Below are positions 38,735-48,144 of a stretch of DNA of 64,000 nucleotides, piece after piece. The position numbers and the translations under genes are program-made. The stretch is taken from the NCBI GenBank assembly GCA_964633825.1, contig CAZWHE010000001.1:8895-72894 (forward strand), written 5' to 3'. The notes beneath the pieces are model-generated. The model was given only the letters and a program-made list of their open reading frames with translations, searched no databases and had not been told where the DNA came from. The stretch comes from an uncultured Phycisphaerales bacterium. Its GTDB lineage: Bacteria > Planctomycetota > B15-G4 > CAYZWU01. Numbering within the stretch: the stretch's first letter is position 1; each line of letters opens with the position of its first letter.

Positions 38735-40150
38735 TTACAGATAACCGAGGGCCTGAAGCTGTCTCTTGATCGCTTCTTCATCGGCTTCCTGATCAACCGC
38801 GATTTCAATCCTCTCCAGGTAGTCCTCGAAGGATCTCACCTGCCTGACAGGATGTTTTTCCAGGTATGCGGGATCGATGATTTCTGTCAGGACATCCCCC
38901 TCCATCTCTCCCGAAACAGGCAGCCCCATCAATGCCAAGATCGTCGGCGCCACATCGTAGATATCGGCCTTCACAACGGCGCCCTTTCTGATCGGCGGCC
39001 CGCAGGCAATGAATATTCCGTCCATCTGGTGGCAGCCCGACTGACCCACGGTCACCTTGTCATCGTTCATCCTTTCGGCGTCGAGGTAGTCGAATTCGCC
39101 GATCGATTTTTCCTGCGGGAGCTTCCCGGAAGACTGGAACCCGTGATCGGAAACAATGATCACCACCGTGTCCTCATCGACCTTGTCGAGAAGCTTAGAG
39201 AGATACCGGTCGTTGTGTTCGTAAAAATCGGGAATGAGCGGACCGAAGCGCGCCGCCTTTTCCGAATCGATCCCGTCGAAATCCTCGGGTTTGTAAAAAT
39301 GCCAAAAGGTATGACAGATGGCGTCGTTTGCTATCAGAAAGACGCCGGTCAAAGCCGGCTGCTCCCTCTCCAGCATGTGGAGCGCCGTCCTCTCGTAAGT
39401 CCGCTGCGCACAGTAGGCGAACTTCAGGACGCTGAATGCATGGCCGTAAATGGGAACCTCGAGCTCCCCGAACTCCTCCAGTTCTTCCTTCGAAAACCTG
39501 ACAAGCCGTTTCAGCTCATCCATCGGGGGTTCGGCCGGATCGATGATGAGGGGCTTGATCTCCTCGATCAGCTTGTCCGGGTAGGTCAATTTCCGGGCGC
39601 TCACGTCCCCCGTCCATTCGGTCCACCTGCTCCGTATGACGCGGTCGGAAATGATCCACCCCTTGACGGGCTCCGCCGGCCAGGAAGCCCACCACCCCTG
39701 AAACCCGACCGTCTTTTCGAAAAGGGAGATCCAGTTCCAGAGCGCGGCGACCCTGCGGTCGTTCGAGCCGACGAGAGGATCCTCGTCGCTTCTTCGGTCC
39801 TCGTCGCTTCGAACGACAAAATCTTCCACACCGTGGTCCTCGCGGTCCCGGCCGGTCACGATCGTTGTCCAGATGGCGGGGGAAAGCATGGGCTTCTCGG
39901 ACTTCAAAACACCGTGGGCCCCGTTCTCGATGAGCGACTTGAACCGCGTCAGCCTGCCCTTCTCGATCATGGGCTTGATGATGGAAAATGTTCCGCCGTC
40001 GATGCCGATGAGAAGGATTTTCACTCCCGAAGGCTTGCACTGCGCCGCGATCTCGTCGAGCGATCCGGTCAGTTCTTCGTACTTGGAACAGCCCGCACCG
40101 AATAGAAAAACCAACGAAAAGAGACATGCGGTGATTCTTGTCAGACTCAA
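38735..40150 (-). CDS. Alkaline phosphatase superfamily (type I phosphodiesterase/nucleotide pyrophosphatase-like) lipoprotein
   Basis: Lipobox GAGC; IGIDG, SPAIWTTIVTG, DAICH, SDHGF, DVAPTILALMG. Confidence 0.85.
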   Translation of the reverse strand: MSLTRITACLFSLVFLFGAGCSKYEELTGSLDEIAAQCKPSGVKILLIGIDGGTFSIIKPMIEKGRLTRFKSLIENGAHGVLKSEKPMLSPAIWTTIVTGRDREDHGVEDFVVRSDEDRRSDEDPLVGSNDRRVAALWNWISLFEKTVGFQGWWASWPAEPVKGWIISDRVIRSRWTEWTGDVSARKLTYPDKLIEEIKPLIIDPAEPPMDELKRLVRFSKEELEEFGELEVPIYGHAFSVLKFAYCAQRTYERTALHMLEREQPALTGVFLIANDAICHTFWHFYKPEDFDGIDSEKAARFGPLIPDFYEHNDRYLSKLLDKVDEDTVVIIVSDHGFQSSGKLPQEKSIGEFDYLDAERMNDDKVTVGQSGCHQMDGIFIACGPPIRKGAVVKADIYDVAPTILALMGLPVSGEMEGDVLTEIIDPAYLEKHPVRQVRSFEDYLERIEIAVDQEADEEAIKRQLQALGYL

Positions 40151-40160
40151 AGTCCGCTCC

Positions 40161-41294
40161 TCAACGCTGAAAGATCGGCAGATACCCGAAGGGAATCTGG
40201 AGTGTGAGTGTGGTCATTGCCGTTGCATAGACAGGGCCGTATGAACTGTTCGGGAAGGATCCGTCCTCGCGCTGCTGTTCCCGTGAAGCCTCGTCGACGA
40301 GCATGGGAAACCAGCGTTCGAACTTGCTCCTGTCTCTGCACTGATAATAAGCCTGGGACGCGTAAAAGCGCGCGTACCGCGGATACTGGTCCTTGTAAGA
40401 CGAAACGAAATTGAGAACCGGATCCTTTCTGAGCATGTACTCCATCGCCTTGTCGATGGCTTTCGAGTCGTAGTCGCCGGTTGCGTTCAGCGTCGCCACC
40501 GCAGCGGCGGTCAGGGCATAGGAGGTGTGATCGTCGTTCAGGCGGTACCGGAATGAACCGTCCTCCTTTTTCTGGGACTTGCGAACATACTGAACGGCCT
40601 TGTCGATAACCGACTTGTCCACATGAATACCGGAGTTCCTGGCCGCTCTGAGCCCCTGGATGATGCAGATCGTGATCGATCCCTCGTGATCGGAAGTCTT
40701 GCGCGTCTCGTAATACCATCCCCCGATTTCGGTCTGGATTCCGCTGACGAGCTCCACGCTTTTCTTGAGAATTTTCTCCAACCTTTTCCGGTCCACCGAT
40801 CTATCGCTGATCCCGAACATGCCGTATGCCTCGGCGAGGGCCAGAATGGCGAATCCCTGGCCGTGCATCTTCGAGGTCGTGTCCCTGTCATCCACGAACT
40901 CACCCTTGTCGTTGCAGGCCTTGCAGAGGTAGGAGAGGCCGTCACGAAGCTCGCGGTTGTACCTGCCCCGCTCGGGGGTGTTGCCGCCCGCCATGAATGA
41001 AAGACAGGTGAGCGCCGTCACCGCAATGGGAGCGCTCGCCGTGGAATAATCGGGATCGGTTGAAAACGAGCCGTCCCTGTTCTGGCGCGAGGCGAGGTAG
41101 GCGTGTCCTCGCTCGACGATTCCGTGGATCATCTTCGTGGCCTTGCTCAAGCGGTCGGCCGTTTTCTCGTCGTTCGTATCGATAACGGTCTTCAGCCCGA
41201 CGGGAGCTTTCGAGACAACGGCCGGGATGGAGGAGGCGGCCGTCACACAGATGACAAGAACGATCAACCCTGGCATTGGGGCGTGCTCTCTCAT
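40161..41294 (-). CDS. Prenyltransferase/squalene-oxidase-repeat protein (copy 2)
   Basis: YLASRQNRDGSF, QTEIGGWYY, QKKEDGSFRY QW-like repeats; start set at the TAATG overlap (41294). Confidence 0.85.
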   Translation of the reverse strand: MREHAPMPGLIVLVICVTAASSIPAVVSKAPVGLKTVIDTNDEKTADRLSKATKMIHGIVERGHAYLASRQNRDGSFSTDPDYSTASAPIAVTALTCLSFMAGGNTPERGRYNRELRDGLSYLCKACNDKGEFVDDRDTTSKMHGQGFAILALAEAYGMFGISDRSVDRKRLEKILKKSVELVSGIQTEIGGWYYETRKTSDHEGSITICIIQGLRAARNSGIHVDKSVIDKAVQYVRKSQKKEDGSFRYRLNDDHTSYALTAAAVATLNATGDYDSKAIDKAMEYMLRKDPVLNFVSSYKDQYPRYARFYASQAYYQCRDRSKFERWFPMLVDEASREQQREDGSFPNSSYGPVYATAMTTLTLQIPFGYLPIFQR

Positions 41295-41965
41295 TATTTT
41301 CCGGTCCTGCCTGTCCGCCTGTAATACTCTTCGAGCCATTTCCGGTACTTCTGAGGAAAATCTTCCACATTGGAGTTGAGAATCTCCTCCTGGACTTTGG
41401 GGGGAAGCAGCCCCCAACGACCCGAGACGCGTGGATGATTTGCATCTTCACTGCCCTGCTCCGGGGGGGGGGTCCGGGATCTTTTCTGCCGGCCCTTGTC
41501 GGCCGCGGGATCCCGATCTTCAGGAGATTCCCCCTTCTGCCGGTCCAGGTTCTTTTTCAATTCGTCGTCCCCGGGGTTTTCGCTGCGGGGCTCTTGCTTC
41601 TTTTTATCCTGATCTTGAGGCTGCCGCTCACGCTCGCCTCCCCCTCCGCCGGGGGATTTCTGGACCTTGATGCTTCGGATCAGCTCGTTGATGTCATCGA
41701 TGATTTTTCTCTGCTTCCTGCGCGTCTCGTCGAGAAGAAAACCGAGGTCCTCCCGCTTTTCGCTCCCCCCCATTCTGGCCGCAGAGTCGAGGTTGCGATC
41801 GACCGTCTCCAAACCCTTGCGGATCCTCTGAACCAGTTCGGCCATTTTCATCTCGTCATCGCTCGGCACGGGCGGGCCGGCATCCTGTCCCTTCGCGACC
41901 CCGGAAAGAGATCCGAGAAGAACCAGGACTGCAACAACCCTCACGGCCGGTTTTCTTTCGACCAT
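41294..41965 (-). CDS. Predicted secreted coiled-coil protein with low-complexity linker and WG.LPP motif
   Basis: AGGAG RBS, ATG 41965, signal peptide ending AKG; GRWGLLPPKVQEE..FPQKYRKWLEEYY tail. Confidence 0.7.
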   Translation of the reverse strand: MVERKPAVRVVAVLVLLGSLSGVAKGQDAGPPVPSDDEMKMAELVQRIRKGLETVDRNLDSAARMGGSEKREDLGFLLDETRRKQRKIIDDINELIRSIKVQKSPGGGGGERERQPQDQDKKKQEPRSENPGDDELKKNLDRQKGESPEDRDPAADKGRQKRSRTPPPEQGSEDANHPRVSGRWGLLPPKVQEEILNSNVEDFPQKYRKWLEEYYRRTGRTGK

Positions 41966-41969
41966 TTTG

Positions 41970-44588
41970 TTACTTCTCCTTACTCCGATCGCCCGCTTGC
42001 TCGAGTATTTTGTCGAACAGCTCGGTGATGTCGGCATGCTCGCTCGCCATGCGCCGGATCAGCTCTCGCCGAACCGGATCGGCTTTGTTCTCCCGAAGAG
42101 CGGGATCCCGGGCGATCAATTCTTCGAGCCGCATCAACGCCCCTTCCTCCATGGTCCTGATCATGATCAGCTCCGCCACAGGCGGAACGAGGGGCGGCGG
42201 CTGTTTACGATCGGGTTTTTTTCCGCTCGTTCCGGACGCCTCCATCCGCCTCTTGAGCTCTTCCCTGAGGGCGGACAGCAGTTCGTCGAAGCGCCTGCTG
42301 ATTCCTTTTTGAATAGCCTGTACCATCCTGCCCGTTCTCTTCCTTTTCAGCGAATCGATCACCTCGTCCAGGTCGTCCCGGTTGCGATCGAGAACCCAGG
42401 AAAAGACCGTGGCGCCGTCCTCCTCTATTTTGCCCTTCACAGCGATCACTCTCTCTCTGATCCCGGTTTCTCTTTCAGCCATATCGAGAAGGTTCTTTCT
42501 CTGAGAGCGCCTGAGCTCAACCCCTTCTTCGCGCTCCATGTCGAAAGCCTTTGTTTTCCTGTTGATTTCGTCCTGTTCGCTCTTGAGCGTCTCGAGCTCC
42601 TGCTTGACCCGGAAGAGGACTTCCTGCTGGCGGATATCTTGATATTTTTGCTCCTCCCTCTTCATTTCCTTGAGCGCTTTCTTCAGATATCCGGCCGCGT
42701 CTTCTTCGTCCGTCTCCGCCTGTTCGCCATGCCGACCTCCGAGGTTTCGAGCCGCCGAACCCATCTTCTGAGCCGCGTCCGAAAGATGGCCGAGCGGTTT
42801 CTTGTACGGCAGATCCCTGAGCCGCCGCATGAGGTCGCGCGCCTTGTCCTCGAGCTCCTTCTGTCTATCGGCCAGCTCTTTGTACTTTTTTCCCTTTTCC
42901 TCGCTGCTGAGTCCTTCGTTTCCCTCCTTCCCGATCCGGTCCGCCCTTTCTGCGAGGACATCCAGAAGCCGGCCCAGCTTCTCCCGCGCCCGCGTCTGAG
43001 GCTCCCTCGCGCGCGAAGCCGCACCGCTCCTCAGGTTCTCGACCGCCTCGAACATTTCGCCGGCGATTTCGGCCGCAAGGCCGGCGGCTTCGGCCTCCTG
43101 GCCGGCGGCTTCGGCCTCCTGGCCGGCGGCTTCGGCCTCCTGGCCGGCGATTTCGGTTGCTTCCAGGATCTTTTCAACCTCACCCGTTTCGTTCGCCAGA
43201 AAGCCCTGCTCGACCGCGGATGCATCGATCGAGTTCTTCCTCCCGCCCTGCCCGTTCTCCCAGGCCCGCTGCAGAAACCGCGCCGCTTCCTGCATCAAAA
43301 AAGCCGCTTCTTCCTCGTGAACAAGCGCACTGCCGTCGTCGCCCCCGCGCAGACTGCCGGCCGCTTCATCGGCCGAAGCCGCAGCGTTCGTTCCGGCTGC
43401 AGACGCCTTTTTCACGGCATCCGCCGCCGGTCCGGCATGGCGAAGACTCCCGATCTTTTCGAGAACGTCTTTCAAGTCGCCGACGATCCCCTCCTGTTCC
43501 GATGTGAGGCCGCCGTCGCCGCCCTTTCCGATCTCCCGTTCCAATGACCCTATGGCGGCGGCCGTTTTCCGGGCTTCTTCCGCCGCCCGGGCGAGCCCTC
43601 CCTTCCCCAGCTCTCTCCCAATCCCGGCGATTCCGTCCTCGATCTCTTTCAATACCCGCACAAAATCGTCGCGCCCGGTTTCTTCCAAAAGAGCGGACGC
43701 TGCATGTAAGGATTCCCCGATCTCGATCTGCCTCCGCAGGAATTCGCTTGTATCCGCCCGAACATCCCCCTCTTCCTTCACGGCCGCTTTCCCGATCCGG
43801 CGCGCCAAAGCTTCCTGCCCCTTCCGGGCTTCCGAGAGCACGCCCGGAAGCTTGCCGCAGCGTTCGGCGAGAGCGTCGGATGTTTTTCGCGCGAGCGCAT
43901 CTTCCCTTTCGGCCAGCTCCTCGAGATTTCGAGCCAGCTCGAGAAGATGCGCCGCCGCTTTTTCCTCTTGCGAAGCTTCTTCGGTTTTTTCGTTCAGAAC
44001 ATCCTGCCTGTTAATGATCGCCCGCACTTTCTCGAGAGCCAGGCGCACCATGTCCTCCTCGCTGTAGATAAGATCGCGGGTTTCCCTCAGGATTTCGTTC
44101 TGTTCGTTCACCAGTTCCTGTGTGCCGGCCAGCCCATCGGCCAGGGCGGACAACATATCCTCGAGCCTCTCGAGATCGCTCCGGTCCTGGAGAATGGCGA
44201 AGATGTCTTCCAGATCACGGCTGAGCTTCTCCTGGGATTCGATGATCTGCAGGCGCGACTCGCGCACCATTTCTTCGAGCTGTTCGATCCTGACGTAAAT
44301 GTTGCGTTCTTTCAGTTCGGTGCGTGCTTTCCGGATGAGGTCGGCGTTGCGCATGTTGCCGTCGGCTTCGTATTTCCGGACAAGCCGCTCCATCATTTCC
44401 TCGATCCGGTCCAGCCGTATCCTGATCATCTTTTGATCGCGCAGAATCTTCTCCTTGCTCTTGGATCGATCCTGAGCCGACGCAAAGCCCGAAAACAGAA
44501 CCAACACGGCCAGAGCGATCGCGGCGATCTTTTGCGGCAGGCCCGAAGCGGGCCGCATCTCTGATAGGCTCATCACTTTTTGATCCAT
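41970..44588 (-). CDS. Large predicted secreted coiled-coil protein (DUF4175-like)
   Basis: Signal peptide ending ASA; long Q/E heptad helices; PPLVPPVAELIMIR near the C-terminus. Confidence 0.7.
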   Translation of the reverse strand: MDQKVMSLSEMRPASGLPQKIAAIALAVLVLFSGFASAQDRSKSKEKILRDQKMIRIRLDRIEEMMERLVRKYEADGNMRNADLIRKARTELKERNIYVRIEQLEEMVRESRLQIIESQEKLSRDLEDIFAILQDRSDLERLEDMLSALADGLAGTQELVNEQNEILRETRDLIYSEEDMVRLALEKVRAIINRQDVLNEKTEEASQEEKAAAHLLELARNLEELAEREDALARKTSDALAERCGKLPGVLSEARKGQEALARRIGKAAVKEEGDVRADTSEFLRRQIEIGESLHAASALLEETGRDDFVRVLKEIEDGIAGIGRELGKGGLARAAEEARKTAAAIGSLEREIGKGGDGGLTSEQEGIVGDLKDVLEKIGSLRHAGPAADAVKKASAAGTNAAASADEAAGSLRGGDDGSALVHEEEAAFLMQEAARFLQRAWENGQGGRKNSIDASAVEQGFLANETGEVEKILEATEIAGQEAEAAGQEAEAAGQEAEAAGLAAEIAGEMFEAVENLRSGAASRAREPQTRAREKLGRLLDVLAERADRIGKEGNEGLSSEEKGKKYKELADRQKELEDKARDLMRRLRDLPYKKPLGHLSDAAQKMGSAARNLGGRHGEQAETDEEDAAGYLKKALKEMKREEQKYQDIRQQEVLFRVKQELETLKSEQDEINRKTKAFDMEREEGVELRRSQRKNLLDMAERETGIRERVIAVKGKIEEDGATVFSWVLDRNRDDLDEVIDSLKRKRTGRMVQAIQKGISRRFDELLSALREELKRRMEASGTSGKKPDRKQPPPLVPPVAELIMIRTMEEGALMRLEELIARDPALRENKADPVRRELIRRMASEHADITELFDKILEQAGDRSKEK
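43079..43149. repeat. Three perfect in-frame 21-bp repeats (AGQEAEA)
   Basis: GGCCGGCGGCTTCGGCCTCCT x3 plus a partial copy. Confidence 0.92.
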
Positions 44589-47014
44589 TCTCTCGTTCTC
44601 GTGTTGAGACGCTCCTGGTCATCCACGATGTCGCGCATCATCTGGAGCAGTTCCTGAAAATCCTCCCATTCGGACATCTTTTCCAAGAGCAGCTCGAGCG
44701 CTTTTATGATTTTCGACTGCGTCTCCAAGGCATCCCGGATGAGAGCGGGCTTCTCTTCTTCGCTGCTGCAGACAACGGCGCGGGAAAGACTCCCGGCCGC
44801 CCGGGGAGAGAGGTCGCTCGAGACGACCAGCGACAAGCCGAGCATGCCGAGAAGGCGCGACATGGCGTCCATCTCACCGAATTCTCCCCCGGCGGATGCG
44901 GTGACAAGGGCCGCGTAGTGCGCGGGGTCGAAGACATCGCCCCCGGGGCCGGCGCCGTCGGCCAGCGATGTGGATTCGATTGAAAGCGCTCTTTCGAGAA
45001 GCGCCGCCGCCCCCGAGGTTTTGTCGAGACGATTGAAAAGGTACTCATCGAACAAAACAGCGAACTCGCGGGCGACCCTCTTTCCGCGCATTGTAATCTG
45101 GTTCTGGCCTATTTCGAGAGAGAGCAGAGCTTGCTCGCCGGGGAGCCCGCCCTCCTCTTCCGCGTCGGACATAACTTCACGAACCCGTTCCCTCTTTTCC
45201 TGTTGATATGCCAGGAGATTCCTTACGTCCTCCCGCAGGCGGATCTGGCGTTCCGTGAGAAGCCGGATTTTTTCGCTGCCTGTCACAACATTGATCACGG
45301 CCGATTCGGTCAGGACCTTTCCGCCCTCATCCCCCGGCCGCGAATCGATGGCGAAAAGAGAATAGATCAGCGAGTCACGGGGGCTCAACCTGTGATAATC
45401 CACAGCGGCATCCCCCTCCTTGGCGGCATCGCCGTCCTTCGGATCGACGCCGGTCGAAGCGGTTCTTTCGACAAAGGGAAAGCGCCGCAATTCCAGGTCC
45501 ATGACGTGGCGCCCCACGAGGCGCTTCGAGCCAAAGGGCTCTTCCACGTCGCGGGCCGTAAAGTCGAGAACTTCCTCTTTCCCCGGACCGACAACACGAT
45601 AGGCTATGCCCATGCGCGCTACGCCGTGGTCATCTTCCGCCGTGGCCCGAAAGGGTATCACGGCTTCGGGGGTGACATCGAGCTCGCGCCTGCGCGGCCG
45701 AAGGAGCTTGATGCGCGGGTCCTGATCTTTCCTGCAGATAACGGGGTAAACTGGATTGTCGAGATCCCCGAATCCCCTGTCGTTCCAGAGCTCGACGCGA
45801 TAGTGGCCCGAAGCCCGAACCTCCATAGAATGGCGGAGGATCAAGGGATTCTCCATGTCCGCAGCAAGATCGACGCTCGCTTCCTCTCCACCGAGGTTTT
45901 TCCTCAAAACCGCTCTCGCCGCCGGGCAGGAGAGAGTAAAGACCATGTCCACAAGCGTCCCCTCGGGCGCCTCGACCTCGGCTGATTCGCGCGTCTCGTC
46001 CTCTTTTTCAAGGTATTCCGGATAGCGATAGGTAACCCGCGTTGCGCCAACCATGGGGAGCGGGATCACGGTGACATCCACCTCCCGTCCCCGCCCGTCG
46101 TCATCACCGCCCCTCGCGCGCAATGTCATGGGAACCCTGATGTCGCGCACCAGGCACCGGTACTCCCCGTCTGTGCGCCTCTTCGCGGCGGAAAGAAGAA
46201 ACCGGCCCCTTTTCGGCGACTGGACGACTTCGACTTCGCCGGGATCCCGCCCCTCCACGTCGATGCGGAGCGGAAGAGACGCCCCTTCCGCCACGACGAC
46301 CGACTGCCTGCCCGCCGGGTCGGCTTCTCCCTCGATCAGGAACTGCGCCGCTCGGTCTTCCCGGCCGTCTTCTTCGATGGTGACCAGGAGAGTGGTTCTG
46401 CGCGGCCACTCCACGCTTCCTCCGAACATACGCTCCACCCCGACGCCGGCCATGCCCGGCTGCCACGCACCGAACGCGGCGATACTAACAACGAGTAAAA
46501 CGGACAAAAGACCGATCCGTTTGACGCTCGTCGTGCTGAACACCCCATCCCACGTCTCGGCAGCCGCCGCCCGGCGCGCTTCCTCCACGGCGGCCCGCAT
46601 CAGGGAGGGAGAAGAGCCGCCGTGCTCTTGTGAATCCGTGCCGGGCCTCGCCCGGGCCAGGCCCTCCATCTGAACGACTCCGATCAGCCGGCCGTCGAGC
46701 TTGGGATAGCGGCTCTCCACGGCCAGCGCCATGTCCTCCACCGTGACCGTCCGCGTCAGGGGATAGACGAAAAACCTGTAGGCGGAATAGAAAATATAAG
46801 CCAGCGCTATCAGGCCGAGCACGACACGGACAGGAAGAGGAAGGATAAACACGACGTCGAGCATGAAAAGCAGGACAGCCGCGAGGGAAACGCGCAAGCA
46901 GAGATGAACAGCGCCGTTGGCGAGGTAAAGCCTTTTGAGCCTCCCGAGAAGGCTCTCGAGTCTCGCCGATATTTCGCGCCCGATCCGTTCCGTTTCCAAA
47001 GCCTCTCTCCTCAC
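44573..47014 (-). CDS. Membrane protein with three TM helices, Ig-like beta domains and C-terminal coiled coil (DUF4175-like)
   Basis: TM block at the N-terminus, VESRYPKLDGRL, GGDD, A.DDHGV; GTGA overlap with the upstream gene. Confidence 0.72.
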   Translation of the reverse strand: MRREALETERIGREISARLESLLGRLKRLYLANGAVHLCLRVSLAAVLLFMLDVVFILPLPVRVVLGLIALAYIFYSAYRFFVYPLTRTVTVEDMALAVESRYPKLDGRLIGVVQMEGLARARPGTDSQEHGGSSPSLMRAAVEEARRAAAAETWDGVFSTTSVKRIGLLSVLLVVSIAAFGAWQPGMAGVGVERMFGGSVEWPRRTTLLVTIEEDGREDRAAQFLIEGEADPAGRQSVVVAEGASLPLRIDVEGRDPGEVEVVQSPKRGRFLLSAAKRRTDGEYRCLVRDIRVPMTLRARGGDDDGRGREVDVTVIPLPMVGATRVTYRYPEYLEKEDETRESAEVEAPEGTLVDMVFTLSCPAARAVLRKNLGGEEASVDLAADMENPLILRHSMEVRASGHYRVELWNDRGFGDLDNPVYPVICRKDQDPRIKLLRPRRRELDVTPEAVIPFRATAEDDHGVARMGIAYRVVGPGKEEVLDFTARDVEEPFGSKRLVGRHVMDLELRRFPFVERTASTGVDPKDGDAAKEGDAAVDYHRLSPRDSLIYSLFAIDSRPGDEGGKVLTESAVINVVTGSEKIRLLTERQIRLREDVRNLLAYQQEKRERVREVMSDAEEEGGLPGEQALLSLEIGQNQITMRGKRVAREFAVLFDEYLFNRLDKTSGAAALLERALSIESTSLADGAGPGGDVFDPAHYAALVTASAGGEFGEMDAMSRLLGMLGLSLVVSSDLSPRAAGSLSRAVVCSSEEEKPALIRDALETQSKIIKALELLLEKMSEWEDFQELLQMMRDIVDDQERLNTRTREWIKK

Positions 47015-48144
47015 CTTTCAAAGATCGGAAGATATCCCTTCGGCAGCTGCAGGATAACGGCGGCCACTGCCGTCGAGAAATACTCTCCCGGTCCCGTAAA
47101 ATTGTCCCAGTGCCCGTCTGAACGCTGGTCATCGAGCAGCTCGGTGCAGATCATCTCGTAGTAACGGCTCCACCAGGGCTCGCCCGCCGTGTACATCGCC
47201 TGGACCGCGTAGTAATTGCCGTACCAGTAGAAATAGTGCCCCCGGTAGTCCCTGGAAACAGTATGAAAATTATCCATGAGATACTGGAGGCTGTAATCGA
47301 GCTCTTTTTCCGAATACTCTCCCGCGTTGAACAGGGAGGTGACTCCGGCCGCTGTGAGCGAAAAGGACGATCTGTATCCGCTCGGCGAGCCGTTCCGGTA
47401 GATCTGGTAGAGAAACGCGCCCCGGTCCACCCTGTAGTAAGGATCCATCATGACAAAGGGATAGCGGCGGCGGCGCGCCTCGGTCTCGTCCACATAGGAA
47501 TTGCGCACGTAGCGGACCGCGCGGTCGATCGTGGATTTGGGCACCTTGATCCCCACGTTCCGGGCCGCACGAAGAGCCATGAGCTGGCAGACGGTGACGG
47601 ACATGTCCGATTCGGGCGCAAAAGGCTTGTACCTCCAGGAACCGGAGCTGTTCTGGCACTTCACGACGAGCGTCACGGCTTCCTGGAGGTTCTTTTTCAC
47701 GTCCGACCGGTGAGTCATGCCGTAGACCTCGGCCAGAAAGAGGGTGGCGAAGGCGTGGCTGTACATCCGTGTGCCGCTCGCCGTGATGTAGCCCTCGTCG
47801 TTGACGCAGGAGAGGACGAAATTGATCGCTCCCGACACGGCCTTGCCGTATCGTCCGCGCTCGGGGAGATGCCCCCCCGACAGATAGGCGATCCCGGCCA
47901 GCGCGGTCACCCCGGGATGGGGCCGGGAGAACCGGATCACTTCGTAGTTCTCGTTCAGCTTGAAGCCGATGTCGCCGTCCCACGATCCGTCCCTGTTCTG
48001 ATGATCTCTCAGAAAATCGAGACCCCGCTGCGCGGCGCCATGAATCTTCTCGGATGTGATGGATGCTTCCTGCACGAATGCTTCCTGCACGAGATCTTCA
48101 TCCGCGTTTCCGACGAGAGCAAGCATTGCGAACAAAAGGATCAC
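47011..48144 (-). CDS. Prenyltransferase/squalene-oxidase-repeat protein (copy 1)
   Basis: FLRDHQNRDGSW, MYSHAFATLFLAEVYG, QNSSGSWRY, QRSDGHW; GTGA overlap. Confidence 0.88.
   Translation of the reverse strand: MILLFAMLALVGNADEDLVQEAFVQEASITSEKIHGAAQRGLDFLRDHQNRDGSWDGDIGFKLNENYEVIRFSRPHPGVTALAGIAYLSGGHLPERGRYGKAVSGAINFVLSCVNDEGYITASGTRMYSHAFATLFLAEVYGMTHRSDVKKNLQEAVTLVVKCQNSSGSWRYKPFAPESDMSVTVCQLMALRAARNVGIKVPKSTIDRAVRYVRNSYVDETEARRRRYPFVMMDPYYRVDRGAFLYQIYRNGSPSGYRSSFSLTAAGVTSLFNAGEYSEKELDYSLQYLMDNFHTVSRDYRGHYFYWYGNYYAVQAMYTAGEPWWSRYYEMICTELLDDQRSDGHWDNFTGPGEYFSTAVAAVILQLPKGYLPIFER

Noticed and set aside
40161-48144. Calling the prenyltransferase-repeat genes squalene-hopene cyclase (shc)
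   Set aside because: Too short (about 377 aa, single barrel), no DxDD motif, and both have N-terminal export signals.
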